DNA of 64,000 nucleotides from the NCBI GenBank assembly GCA_964516875.1, contig CAZFAO010000007.1, forward strand, positions 1,464 to 65,463. The letters run 5' to 3'. Below are positions 7,663 to 17,528 of this stretch, in pieces. Each line of letters opens with the position of its first letter. Positions within the stretch are counted from its first letter, which is position 1. Below the pieces are notes generated by a model. It made no database searches. It was not told the DNA's origin and saw nothing but the letters and a program-made list of their open reading frames with translations. Position numbers and translations under genes: made by a program. This DNA is from an uncultured Burkholderiales bacterium (GTDB taxonomy: Bacteria; Actinomycetota; Acidimicrobiia; IMCC26256; JAGPDB01).

Positions 7663-7867
7663 CCCAATCTGTTTTTAGGCATAGAAAAATAGACCTAATT
7701 TTGGTGGTTTCCACCCGTTACTTTTCAGTAACTAGTGATTAGATAGAGAGTAACATCATGTCCGATTTTCGTAAAGGTCCTGGTCACGACGCGTGGCTTC
7801 GTTCATTGCATTTCCGAAATTGAGATTGCGAATTGATGACTTGTTGCATATCACCTAAATTGGTTTA

Positions 7868-8797
7868 ATGACACGATTTAACACTATTCGAGCTATTGGA
7901 ATATCCGCTTCCCTTTTCGTTGCCAGCGGGTGTGGCACTTCAGACCCAAGCCATGACGCGGTAAAAACTATTGATCTCGTAGACATCGATCGTGCGCCCG
8001 AAGGAACAATCACTATGTCGAATGGATTGCGCATCACAAATTACACAGCGGGTAAATCAACTGTGATGTGGAATAGTGACGGAATAAGACTTCACGTAGA
8101 TTCTCCAAAAAGGATTGATGGTCAACTTTCACTTACTTTCGTCTCAAAAGACAAAAACAATCCTCTTGTGAAAAACGTGCGAATGCAATCTTTTCACATT
8201 GATGCTGATTCATTTCGAAAAAGAATACCTACTGAAGAGATTGATACTTTTCTTAAGGCCAATGATCTTGATCGCGAAAAAATCGCTATTCGCGTTCGCG
8301 TTACCGGAAAAATGGCGGGGGTATTGAGCCCCTTCAACGTCTCAACAAAAATTAGTTATTATGATGCTGCGAAATGGCCATTAGCTAAACCGGAAGCGTA
8401 CAAAACACCAAATGGCAAGACATCGTGCGAATTGTCGCATAACGAAACAAGAACATCCGTTAGTGTAGTTGGAGATGGAAAAGGTGGAACGCGCTCAGTA
8501 ATAAGTTCAAGGACTGTCAGCATTGAAGATGGTCACGTTGACTTTGTCGCTGTGAAAGGTCGAACATACGCAATCAAATCTCACCCTTCAGATAGCGATG
8601 ACACTCTTGAAGGAACAATAACAATTGATGATAACGATGAAAAAGTAACAATCGATATTGGTAACTTAAAAAGCAACACACAAGAAGTGCTCGGCTTACT
8701 AGATCGTGAACCTCTCAGCTTGAACCACATAAAAGCAGATCTTAAATACCGCCATGGAAGCGTTGTCGACGGGGAATCATCGTGTACAGTTCGATGA
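7868..8797 (+). CDS. Orphan lipoprotein
   Basis: 309 aa. The signal peptide ends in the lipobox LFVASG-C. I recognise no other motifs. The gene looks AT-richer than its surroundings by eye. Confidence 0.6.
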   Translation: MTRFNTIRAIGISASLFVASGCGTSDPSHDAVKTIDLVDIDRAPEGTITMSNGLRITNYTAGKSTVMWNSDGIRLHVDSPKRIDGQLSLTFVSKDKNNPLVKNVRMQSFHIDADSFRKRIPTEEIDTFLKANDLDREKIAIRVRVTGKMAGVLSPFNVSTKISYYDAAKWPLAKPEAYKTPNGKTSCELSHNETRTSVSVVGDGKGGTRSVISSRTVSIEDGHVDFVAVKGRTYAIKSHPSDSDDTLEGTITIDDNDEKVTIDIGNLKSNTQEVLGLLDREPLSLNHIKADLKYRHGSVVDGESSCTVR

Positions 8798-8864
8798 TGT
8801 TCACAAGTCTAAAAAGTAGACCTGATGCTCATTAGTTATTCTCACCCAAATACTTGAAAATAAA

Positions 8865-9686
8865 TTACGAATCAACCCGTGGCGGTTCTTGTAAACGTCC
8901 GCGCAACTGCAAAATAGCTTTGGTGTGGATCTGACACACGCGAGATTCGGTCACACCGAGCACGTCACCAATTTCTGCCAACGTTAAACCTTCGTAGTAA
9001 TACAGAGTGAGAACTAAACGTTCGCGGTCGGGCATTCGGTTAATGGAATCGGCGAGCATTTGTTTCATCTCATCAACTTCGAAGTTTGCAACCGGATCGT
9101 GTGTTGCATCAGCCGAGAGAGTGTCTTTAACAGTTGTCCCACCTGTGCGATCTCCGCCGACGTCGATCACTTCATCAAGCGCAACCAAACCAACAAACGA
9201 AATCTGCGTCATCATTGTGTTGAGTTCGTCTTCTGTGATACCAATTTCTTTCGCGACTTCTTTATCTTCGGGCGTACGCTTAAGTTCGTTTTCCAAATGC
9301 GAATACGCACGCTCTAACGTGCGGGCCTTGGCGCGCAGCGATCGCGGAACCCAGTCAATCGAACGAAGTTCATCAATGATGGCACCCTTGATTCGACTAA
9401 TTGCGTACGTTTCAAATTTAAATCCACGCTCGGGTTGAAATTTTTCGATTGCATCGATAAGTCCAAAAATTCCGTAACTCATCAAATCTGATTGATCGAT
9501 ACTTTGCGGCAAACCAGATGCAACACGACCAGCAACGAACTTCACCAATGGCGAGTAGTGCAAAATTAAACGATCACGCGCGTTGGATGTGGAATCCTTG
9601 GCGTAATCGGCCCACAGCTCGGCAACAACTTTGCGGTTGCGCGTATTAGCTACGGTCTTGGCGATTTCTTCATCTGTCTTAGGCAC
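8865..9686 (-). CDS. whiG: FliA/WhiG-family (sigma-28 type) RNA polymerase sigma factor
   Basis: 273 aa. It shows region 2 (DLMSYGIFGLIDAIEKFQPERGFKFETYAISRIKGAIIDELR), region 3, and a region 4 HTH (LTLAEIGDVLGVTESRVCQIHTKAI). It overlaps xerC by 8 nt. Confidence 0.85.
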   Translation of the reverse strand: MPKTDEEIAKTVANTRNRKVVAELWADYAKDSTSNARDRLILHYSPLVKFVAGRVASGLPQSIDQSDLMSYGIFGLIDAIEKFQPERGFKFETYAISRIKGAIIDELRSIDWVPRSLRAKARTLERAYSHLENELKRTPEDKEVAKEIGITEDELNTMMTQISFVGLVALDEVIDVGGDRTGGTTVKDTLSADATHDPVANFEVDEMKQMLADSINRMPDRERLVLTLYYYEGLTLAEIGDVLGVTESRVCQIHTKAILQLRGRLQEPPRVDS

Positions 9687-10572
9687 GGGGGTGAGTCTCT
9701 TCGTACACGGACCGTAAATGATCCTGGCTTATGTGAGTATAACGTTCTGTGGTTGTCACAGAAGTATGTCCCAGTAATTCTTGCACACTTCGCACGTCTG
9801 CACCGCCCACTAACAGGTGAGTCGCATAAGCGTGACGGAGCTGGTGAGGATGTATTTTTGTGCCATCGGCCAGGGGGTATTGGTCCATGATGCGGCGTAC
9901 ATCGCGGGGAGTCAGTGCTTTTCCTGTCGATTTGATGAACACTTTGGTCCTTGGAGATGAGTCTGTGAGGTACGTTTCGCGCACATCCATGTATGCAGCT
10001 AATGCGTCGAGGGCCGGCTCTCCGAGCGGTACCGTTCGGTATTTGGAGCCTTTCCCTAAGACCACAATTGATGCATTGCGCAAATATATGTCAGCCACTT
10101 CCAACCCGCAAAGCTCGCTGACGCGCAATCCTGCACTATAAAGTATCTCCAAAACAGCCATATGCAACGGGTTGGTTTCGCCAGATGTAGTGATGATGCG
10201 CGAAATGTCTTTCGATGACGGAACCCGAGGGAGACGCTTAGGAATTTTCGGAGCGGACAGAGCATGAGCAATTGCGGGGGTCACAATGTCACGTTTGGAG
10301 AGAAAGGTGAGATATCCACGCACGCTTGCTACTTTGCGGGCAATAGAACTGGACTGATATTTTTGCGTCGACAACCACGCAACATAGCGACGTAAAATTG
10401 TGCGGTCAATTTTTTTTGGACTAGATATTTTTGCGCGATCAAGAAATTCGACAAACTGTTTTACGTCACTCGCATAAGCATCACGAGTGTGCTGCGAACG
10501 AGTGGATTGTTTGGCATCGAATTCGTCTAACAACCAATCGCTGGTGAAAGTTTGTTTCGTTGCAGTTGCCAC
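9679..10572 (-). CDS. xerC: Tyrosine site-specific recombinase XerC/XerD
   Basis: 297 aa. It has an N-terminal SAM-like core-binding domain and a C-terminal ...HQLRHAYATHLL...LLGHTSVTTTERYTHI with the catalytic Tyr. The xerC versus xerD call rests on actinobacterial dprA/whiG neighbourhood only. Confidence 0.8.
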   Translation of the reverse strand: MATATKQTFTSDWLLDEFDAKQSTRSQHTRDAYASDVKQFVEFLDRAKISSPKKIDRTILRRYVAWLSTQKYQSSSIARKVASVRGYLTFLSKRDIVTPAIAHALSAPKIPKRLPRVPSSKDISRIITTSGETNPLHMAVLEILYSAGLRVSELCGLEVADIYLRNASIVVLGKGSKYRTVPLGEPALDALAAYMDVRETYLTDSSPRTKVFIKSTGKALTPRDVRRIMDQYPLADGTKIHPHQLRHAYATHLLVGGADVRSVQELLGHTSVTTTERYTHISQDHLRSVYEETHPRA

Positions 10573-10581
10573 ACCTATAGA

Positions 10582-13500
10582 TTAGCTCGAGGAAGCTTGG
10601 CGCGATTTACGACGACGCAACATCGTCAACTGGAGCAAGAATCCAACACCGATCACTGCCGCAATATCAATGAGCAATAGCGCATTCGATATACCGGTAT
10701 TAGCAAGCTCTCCGCTAATAGACGTTCGAGGCGCAGGAACAACAGTGCTTGTGGGAACAGCCGTTGGAGGAACAGTCGTTGTGGTCGGAACGCTCGCCGG
10801 GTCAATCACCAACCCAAGATCAATTGTGAGATTATCATTTGCATCCGAACCCGTATGGCCTCCTGTTTCACCCGTTGGATTGTTGAGATAGCTCACACTC
10901 AGAATGTTCGTTCTGAAACGAGAACCATCGACAATCAAGTCTTGCTGATCATCTTCATCGACATCATCTGTTGGATCATCCGAACCTTCGGGAGCTTCAA
11001 TGAAGTCGTGCAACGGCCCACCGGAATCAAAGTTAGAAGAATCAAGCTCGATGTAATAATCGCCCGGAGCTACACATTGCACCAACCACCGTCCATCAGA
11101 ATCGGTCGTGGTTGTCTTGGAAAGAACATCGTCTCCCCCACCAATATCACCGTCGATACCAACGGAATACAAGTTCAGTACAACGCCTTCAATTCCTGTG
11201 TCACCAGAATCATATTTTCCATTACCGTTGACGTCATTGAACACTAGGTTGCCGAGATTCAAACACGACGGCGTCACAGCAGAAACATCCGAAGACAACA
11301 CGGGCAAAGCTAAAGCCGTCGCGCGCGCTTGCCAACTGTTGGTGTAGACCTCTTCCCCATCATTGTCATTTGTTTCAAGTTCAAAGTGGAAGAGACCATA
11401 TTGTCCCGCTGTCATCGAAACGGTTTTGATACGGATGGCAGTCACTTCATCTGCGTCAGGACAGCCAGACGTTCCCAGTTGCGAAAATTCACAACTCCAC
11501 TTACCTGTTCCCGCTGCGGGGTTGCTTGAATCATTGGGATCATCGCTCAGCGTTGCAGGATCATCGGATGTGACATAAATTTTGCTGATGAGTCCTGTTG
11601 AAAATGTTTCTTGTGCCATCGTCAACGAGTATCCACCATCGACATCGGAGACAGGCGAACGACCATCGTCGTCGTAAGGAAATATATCGATTCCGTCCAT
11701 GACTTTTGCGCTACCCGTTAAGTTTCCGAACGCAAGCGTGAAGCCCAGTGTTCCATCCAGATCGATGGAAGTGTCGCTGATGTATTTTTCGATATTGAAT
11801 GATTGCGCTGTTGCGATTTGAACCCAGTCGTCATCATAGGGACCTGACGTTGGGTCATAGTGATATGCCGTACCCGTTGTTCGAAACGGAAGTGTCGCGG
11901 GCAAATCTTGCAAACCCTCTTCTGCATCTATCCACGCTTTATTCTGCAGATATGCTGCGTTAGGAATGTAACTGGCAATACGCGTTGTCACTTGGAAATT
12001 ACCAAACAACGTGTAGTCCGTCGCTGGTGTTTCTGGTGATCCACTCTGATCGAATGTGAAATCTCCACGGTCCCAACGAAGAGTTGTGTATCCGTAGTTC
12101 GTTCTCGCTGCGGGATTTGCAATACACGCAAAATTGGCAACGGCATTACAGTCAGTAATAACAGCTGATGGTGTAAGTGTTGCCGATTGGTACACCATTC
12201 CTGGAGGCATGACGTCATAGATATGAACACCTCCGATTGCAACATCAACGTTAAATGACATTCCGGCTTTGATGTTATATGTCCACGTCCCGCCCAGTGA
12301 CACAGAGGCAGCAACATCAACCGCCGGTGACGAATCGTACTTTTGAATGATGGCTGTCGGCTGCACAACAATTGCGCGGTCAGCTAAAGCGATACAACTA
12401 TAGAGTCCCGACGATGCGTTCCAGATATCATTTTCCGGAATACAGGTAGGGTTTGAACCGTACCACGCACCTGAATTGATGTTCGATGCTTTATACCGAT
12501 TGAAGTTGAACATCTTTGTATTTTCAGCCAGTCCAGTTTTTGCTCGAAGCGATTGATACGTTGTGATAGTCATCCCGGGAGGAAGCGCTTTTAAAATTCG
12601 CACGCGCACCAAGTTCACATTCGCCAAACCACCAGGATGCGTAGACGGATCCTCCACCCATGTCAGCGAACCGCTGTCGCAGTTAACAGTGCGCTGTTGC
12701 GATGATGTCGAAAAAGTTGTGCCCGTACTTGCGTATTCGACCACAACATCGGAGTCACCGATCACAGGGAAAGAAGGATCAGGAGTTCCCACTTTGTACC
12801 AGCTATACCACGAATGCGATGAACCGCTCGCGCCGCTGGGGAGCGAAGGTGCTGAGTGTTCAATGAAATTGTATTTTGTTTGGTCAATTGCATCACAGCT
12901 CGTCCAGTCTTCCAGACCATACGCTGAGGTTGTATTGACATCGGCGACTTGCGCTTGCGCAAAGTTCATTCCCGGTGCAACGTAGTTATCGCTATCCCCA
13001 GGACCGAGTGCGCCTTGCGTTAAACCAAGATCAGCTTCCGGTCCCGAACCCACGCGGCCACCATATTCTGTAAAGTACTTCGCGGTCCACGGTCCTGTGC
13101 CAGTGAGGTAATTAAAAACGACACAGTTTTGGTTGTTCGAAACATCATCAACACCTGACGATCCTCCTGTAACGGCAGCATCACCGATGTCATTGCACCA
13201 ACTGATGAAGTTTGCACGAACATCACGGTCGCCCGCTGTTTGGTCAAAATCGAGAATTGTTTGGAAAGGATATTTAATGCGAACTACCTGTGTCGCGACG
13301 GGGGCTTGGTTGTGCAGACCCGCGGGTGAGTTATATATAGAGTTGGATGTCCCTGAGTTATATGCCCAGTAGCTTGTGCGGTTGGTTGATTTTCCATACG
13401 GAAACCAGTCGGGCGACCAGTCAATTCCTGTTGCAGAAATATCGATATCGGTACCTACACCACCCGATTGGGTACATGTCCACGAACCTGAATTTTGGAC

Positions 13501-14385
13501 CGCAAGAATATCTCCCAATGTTAACGACGACGAGTTAGGCAAATACTGCTGGTCACTTGTGACGGGTAGACACCCCACCAACTCGCCTTCGGAGTTGACA
13601 GGAAGTTGTGACGAATCACCAGTGGCGAGTTTGTCATCAAGACTTAATGTGGAAAAAGCTCCAGCGTTAAGACCCTTGACTTGTCCAACTTCAGGAGATT
13701 TCACTTCCGTTTGAACACCCCAGTCGACTTGGATATATTCAGGATCACCAACTCCATCGCGAAGAATAGTGATAGGGCCTTTTTGTTTACGGACTTCGTA
13801 ATCGCCTGCTTCGGAGACAACCTCAACGGTGTCGGTACCTGACGCTTGAGGTGTGGGGTTGGTTCCCAAACTGGCATCAGGAGTCATTGTTGCGCTGACA
13901 GTAAATTGAGCAGTGACGTCGGTTCCATTGGGTACAGATGATTTTCCGAACCACGCACCACTGACGTTAAGAGTTGTTCCAGTAGAGAATGTGCCTGAGA
14001 CAACACAAGTCATTGTTTTTCCGTCAACGCTCAGAGTTTTCGTTCCACATGCACTAGGAAGACTATTGAGCATCCAGGCAACATCAGCGCTGGTTGAAGT
14101 GAGCGTTGCAACAATGGTGACGCCACTTAATTGGTGTGGCGATGCATCCAATGTATTCATGTTGACATCGAACGTGTAACTGGTGGTGTCGAGTGAGGCG
14201 ACTAATCCATTCGACGCATTGGGATCAATGGAAATAAAAGGCGCGGTACCATCGGCTGTTTTGGTCAAAGCTGCTCCGAGCGCTACAACAGGGGGCGCAG
14301 CATAGGCTTTGCGGATAAGTGAAACTGAACATATCGACGTCGCCAGAACGGTGATGGCGATGAGCGCGAGAAGTCGTTTTGACAT
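10582..14385 (-). CDS. Very large LAXTG-anchored cell-wall surface protein (adhesin-like) with a C-terminal SdrD-B/Cna-B-like domain
   Basis: The ORF reaches 14433, but the likely start is M17 (MSKRLLALIAITVLATS...AYA signal peptide). The C-terminus has LANTG (10693-10707), a hydrophobic stretch and RRRKSR, forming a sortase signal. The stretch NLVFNDVNGNGKYDSGDTGIEGVVLNLY...TTTDSDGRW...PGDYYIE matches the SdrD B-like repeat pattern. A TTTTVPPTAVPT stalk is also present. Confidence 0.8.
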   Translation of the reverse strand: MSKRLLALIAITVLATSICSVSLIRKAYAAPPVVALGAALTKTADGTAPFISIDPNASNGLVASLDTTSYTFDVNMNTLDASPHQLSGVTIVATLTSTSADVAWMLNSLPSACGTKTLSVDGKTMTCVVSGTFSTGTTLNVSGAWFGKSSVPNGTDVTAQFTVSATMTPDASLGTNPTPQASGTDTVEVVSEAGDYEVRKQKGPITILRDGVGDPEYIQVDWGVQTEVKSPEVGQVKGLNAGAFSTLSLDDKLATGDSSQLPVNSEGELVGCLPVTSDQQYLPNSSSLTLGDILAVQNSGSWTCTQSGGVGTDIDISATGIDWSPDWFPYGKSTNRTSYWAYNSGTSNSIYNSPAGLHNQAPVATQVVRIKYPFQTILDFDQTAGDRDVRANFISWCNDIGDAAVTGGSSGVDDVSNNQNCVVFNYLTGTGPWTAKYFTEYGGRVGSGPEADLGLTQGALGPGDSDNYVAPGMNFAQAQVADVNTTSAYGLEDWTSCDAIDQTKYNFIEHSAPSLPSGASGSSHSWYSWYKVGTPDPSFPVIGDSDVVVEYASTGTTFSTSSQQRTVNCDSGSLTWVEDPSTHPGGLANVNLVRVRILKALPPGMTITTYQSLRAKTGLAENTKMFNFNRYKASNINSGAWYGSNPTCIPENDIWNASSGLYSCIALADRAIVVQPTAIIQKYDSSPAVDVAASVSLGGTWTYNIKAGMSFNVDVAIGGVHIYDVMPPGMVYQSATLTPSAVITDCNAVANFACIANPAARTNYGYTTLRWDRGDFTFDQSGSPETPATDYTLFGNFQVTTRIASYIPNAAYLQNKAWIDAEEGLQDLPATLPFRTTGTAYHYDPTSGPYDDDWVQIATAQSFNIEKYISDTSIDLDGTLGFTLAFGNLTGSAKVMDGIDIFPYDDDGRSPVSDVDGGYSLTMAQETFSTGLISKIYVTSDDPATLSDDPNDSSNPAAGTGKWSCEFSQLGTSGCPDADEVTAIRIKTVSMTAGQYGLFHFELETNDNDGEEVYTNSWQARATALALPVLSSDVSAVTPSCLNLGNLVFNDVNGNGKYDSGDTGIEGVVLNLYSVGIDGDIGGGDDVLSKTTTTDSDGRWLVQCVAPGDYYIELDSSNFDSGGPLHDFIEAPEGSDDPTDDVDEDDQQDLIVDGSRFRTNILSVSYLNNPTGETGGHTGSDANDNLTIDLGLVIDPASVPTTTTVPPTAVPTSTVVPAPRTSISGELANTGISNALLLIDIAAVIGVGFLLQLTMLRRRKSRQASSS

Positions 14386-14671
14386 AGTTGTAGCTGTAAG
14401 AAGGCGTTCCAACGATATCTCCGTTTTTTCCATCGCTTAATACAATATTTAAGCGTGCATGATTCTATGCGCTTATCACCTATATATTCGGGATATTTGG
14501 CCTCTCAGTTGAGCACATTATTGGGAGATTTGGCCGAAGAAATGGCCCTTTGGCGCATGCCGTATACGCGGCACAGTGTTTTTGTCGTACCCCTGGTGTA
14601 GGGTGATGACTAAGCACCGTTCTTATTGAGCATGAAGCTTTCTTCCCTAAATAATCGTCCAAGGAAGAATC

Positions 14672-16153
14672 ATGTTTGCATCTATAAAATCTGCCACCAT
14701 TTCTGGTGTGCTCGGAAAAGTTATTCGAGTCGAAGTTCATACATCATCAGGCATGCCAGGCTACACCGTTGTTGGTATGCCCGACACTGCAATGCGTGAA
14801 AGTAAAGAGCGCATTCGGGCCGCATTGATTTCGTCGAGGCTTGGGTGGCCAGAAACTCGAATGACCATCAACTTAGCTCCGGCGAATATTCGCAAATCGG
14901 GAACAGGTTCCGAGCTTGCAATTTTGGTGGGATTGTTATGTGCGACGCGCAAACTTGATGCTGTCCGATTCCGGGACGCTGGTGTCATCGACGAGCTGGG
15001 TCTCGATGGTTCCATTCGATCCGTTTTAGGAACTATTGCGAGAGTATTGGCTTTGCGTGATTCGGGGGTGACGCAAGTTTTCGTCCCTGCGAGCAATGCG
15101 TATGAAGCATCGCTCATCGATGGTGTTGAAGTATTTCCGATTGAATCTGTTCGTGGACTCGTTGCGTGTCTGAGCACAGGCGAACCGTGGCCCGATGTTG
15201 TCCAGCCTTCAACGAATCTGACCCCCGATGACTACGGAGATTTCGCAGATGTTTCCGGACAACCGCTGGGTTGCGAAGCAATGATGTTATTAGCCGCTGG
15301 CGGACACCACACATTATTGATGGGTTCGCCTGGCATTGGGAAAACAATGTTGGCCGCGCGAGTGCCATCAATATTGCCGTCTTTATCTAACGATGAAAGC
15401 CACGAGATCACAGCAATTGCATCTGTCCTCGATGGAAACGTGACACATCTGATTTCGCAACGACCGTTTCGCCAACCCCATCACTCGGCAAGCGCGCCTG
15501 CGATGATTGGAGGCGGTTCAACTTTTGCTGTCCCCGGTGAAGCCACGCGTGCACATAAGGGAGTGTTGTTTCTCGACGAACTTTCTGAATTCACGCGCAC
15601 ATCACTCGACGTTATGCGCCAACCGATCGAAGAAGGTGTGGTGACCATTTCGCGTGCGCAATTTAGCATGACGTTGCCCGCACAATTTACGTTGCTGGGC
15701 TGTTCCAATCCATGCCCATGCGCAAAGCCGAGAGAGAAATGTATTTGCTCGGATGCTACGCGGCAACGTTATGTTCGTAAACTTTCCGGGCCCCTATTAG
15801 ATAGGTTTGACATACGTTTAGAGTTGTTCCGTTCCCCCTATGTTGAGGGACCAACGCACACAAGTGCCGCAATGAAAGAATGCGTGGCTGTCGCGCGAGA
15901 ACGACAACTTATTCGCAATGCTGACAAGATCCTCAATGGTCAACTCAGCAGCACCGCATTGCCACATGTCGCGCCACTATCTCCGTCTGTCGAATTGTTT
16001 TTTCGAGAACGTGTCGAGAAACGTGAAGTTTCTGGACGTGGAGCAACGGCAATATGGAGAGTGGCGCGCACGTTGGCTGACATCGATGATGTTCCTGATA
16101 TTTCTGAACTTCACATGTCGAGGGCATTCGATTTTCGTGAGGAGTTGTCATGA
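14672..16153 (+). CDS. comM: YifB/ComM-family Mg-chelatase-like AAA+ ATPase
   Basis: 493 aa. It has an N-terminal Lon-protease-like ChlI domain, Walker A LLMGSPGIGKTMLA and Walker B GVLFLDEL. SD AAGGAAG precedes the ATG. Confidence 0.9.
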   Translation: MFASIKSATISGVLGKVIRVEVHTSSGMPGYTVVGMPDTAMRESKERIRAALISSRLGWPETRMTINLAPANIRKSGTGSELAILVGLLCATRKLDAVRFRDAGVIDELGLDGSIRSVLGTIARVLALRDSGVTQVFVPASNAYEASLIDGVEVFPIESVRGLVACLSTGEPWPDVVQPSTNLTPDDYGDFADVSGQPLGCEAMMLLAAGGHHTLLMGSPGIGKTMLAARVPSILPSLSNDESHEITAIASVLDGNVTHLISQRPFRQPHHSASAPAMIGGGSTFAVPGEATRAHKGVLFLDELSEFTRTSLDVMRQPIEEGVVTISRAQFSMTLPAQFTLLGCSNPCPCAKPREKCICSDATRQRYVRKLSGPLLDRFDIRLELFRSPYVEGPTHTSAAMKECVAVARERQLIRNADKILNGQLSSTALPHVAPLSPSVELFFRERVEKREVSGRGATAIWRVARTLADIDDVPDISELHMSRAFDFREELS

Positions 16154-17046
16154 ACTCAACCGAAAACGACATCCTTCATATCCCTCATCCATCTCAAACA
16201 TACACATCGCTTGTTTCGTGTTCACCTGAAGTAAGTCAACTCTTCATTGCGGGGGCGCATCCAGAATTGCTGAGCGAAAAGTATTCCCGACTGCGCGTCG
16301 GCATCGTAGGAACACGCGATGCAACGCTGGCTGGTTTGTCCGACGCTCGACGCATCGCGCAGGTGGTGTGTCGTTATGGTGGAGTTGTCGTGAGTGGAAT
16401 GGCACTCGGCATTGACGGCGCTGCTCACCAAGGTGCTCTTGATGCTGGAGGAAAAACTGTTGCGGTTCTCGGTTCGGGAGTCGATGTCATCTACCCCACT
16501 CGCCATCAAAAAATGGCACGGGAGATAAAGCAGCACGGTTGTATTATTTCCGAATTCGATTGCGGAACAAATGCACTCCCCTGGCATTTTCCTGTTCGCA
16601 ACCGAATCATTGCGGCTCTGTCTGATGTTCTTGTTGTTCCCGAAGGAACGCTCAAGGGCGGCGCGCGCATCACTGTTGATCTTGCACTCGCAATGGGCAA
16701 AACAGTCTGCGCGCTTCCGGGGCCACGGCGCAGTCGTGCAAGTGAATTATGTAATTCAATTCTCAAGGATGGAGCATTGTGCATCACCGACCCCGCTGAT
16801 GTTGTGCGCGAACTCGGGATTGATTGTGATGACCTCGGATGGGAACCGGAAAACATTGCGTCACGTGCGGAGGCCCCCAGCGGTCCTGCAAAAAAGGTCC
16901 TCACCAATCTGAGCCAGGGGCCCTTATCGGCTCTCGACGTGGCGCACATCTGCACACTGACCGAACGTGAATCAATGCGCTTGCTCTCGACGCTCGAAAA
17001 ACAGGGGCATGTGCACTATCGCCGAGGCATGTACGAGATCAGCTAG
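16150..17046 (+). CDS. dprA: DNA-processing protein DprA (Smf)
   Basis: 298 aa. The sequence GIVGTRDAT..G......VVSGMALGIDGAAHQGAL......AVLGSGVDVIYP is typical of DprA. The ATGA overlap with yifB indicates translational coupling. Confidence 0.9.
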   Translation: MNSTENDILHIPHPSQTYTSLVSCSPEVSQLFIAGAHPELLSEKYSRLRVGIVGTRDATLAGLSDARRIAQVVCRYGGVVVSGMALGIDGAAHQGALDAGGKTVAVLGSGVDVIYPTRHQKMAREIKQHGCIISEFDCGTNALPWHFPVRNRIIAALSDVLVVPEGTLKGGARITVDLALAMGKTVCALPGPRRSRASELCNSILKDGALCITDPADVVRELGIDCDDLGWEPENIASRAEAPSGPAKKVLTNLSQGPLSALDVAHICTLTERESMRLLSTLEKQGHVHYRRGMYEIS

Positions 17047-17051
17047 AACGA

Positions 17052-17098
17052 CTTTCCCCCTTGTAGGGTCCGCTTTCCGGAGCCTACAAGGGGGAAAG
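17052..17098. terminator. 16-bp perfect hairpin downstream of dprA (family A palindrome); no 3' U-tract
   Basis: The sequence is ctttcccccttgtagg-N15-cctacaagggggaaag. A sister copy lies at 40587-40633. Confidence 0.45.
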
Positions 17099-17146
17099 TG
17101 TTGAAAAGCACCTTTAGACGTGTTGTGACCGCGTCGATATTCCAGC

Positions 17147-17347
17147 GTGAACTTAACCCAGTGTCCCTATGATGCAACTGACATCACGATTGAAAGCTAC
17201 GAAGGTGGCGTTTATCTTGTGATGTGTGAATGTTGTGGCGCACAGTGGGAAACGCATGGTTCGTGGGTTGCGCGAGTAACCGAACCTGACTGGGATATCG
17301 TTACAGCATTCCAAGAGATTCAAAGTCTTCATACAACACTCGACTAG
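17147..17347 (+). CDS. Small Cys-rich hypothetical protein
   Basis: 66 aa with a GTG start. The pattern CP...CECCG...H could form a zinc ribbon. I recognise no homology. Confidence 0.35.
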   Translation: MNLTQCPYDATDITIESYEGGVYLVMCECCGAQWETHGSWVARVTEPDWDIVTAFQEIQSLHTTLD

Positions 17348-17356
17348 TTTTTAGTT

Positions 17357-17470
17357 ATGGGATATAACCCGACGAGAAAATTTATTCGACATAAAGGCGA
17401 TATTCTTTTTGTTGTTCTCGGTGTCGGTGCGGGACTTGCACTTGTTGTCTGGGCTGCGTGGCCACAATAG
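17357..17470 (+). CDS. Possible 37-aa single-pass membrane micro-protein (below the ORF-track cutoff)
   Basis: An ATG at 17357 gives MGYNPTRKFIRHKGDILFVVLGVGAGLALVVWAAWPQ*, with a basic N-terminus followed by a clean TM helix. Confidence 0.3.
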   Translation: MGYNPTRKFIRHKGDILFVVLGVGAGLALVVWAAWPQ

Positions 17471-17475
17471 CGATT

Positions 17476-17528
17476 CGTCATCCAGCGGCACTACACCCGT
17501 CATCCCGAAAGCACCACAACCGTCATCC
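17476..17528 (+). promoter_or_regulatory. Three direct repeats of CGTCATCC spaced 22-23 nt, upstream of the 17577 gene
   Basis: cgtcatcc occurs at 17476, 17498 and 17521, followed by a TATAAA-like box at ~17551 and SD AAGGAAG. Confidence 0.3.

Noticed and set aside
7684-8827. Imperfect direct repeats AAAAATAGACCTAAT (7685-7699) and AAAAAGTAGACCTGAT (8811-8826) flanking the orphan lipoprotein gene, a possible insertion scar.
   Set aside because: There is only a 7-nt exact core plus an A-run, with one indel and one mismatch, in AT-rich spacers. That is too weak to separate from chance without comparative data.
14434-14671. A possible small RNA (for example a 6C-like C-rich hairpin) in the 238-nt divergent spacer before yifB.
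   Set aside because: Only short imperfect hairpins are present (gcttaa...ttaagc; accc...gggt). There are no paired C-rich loops.
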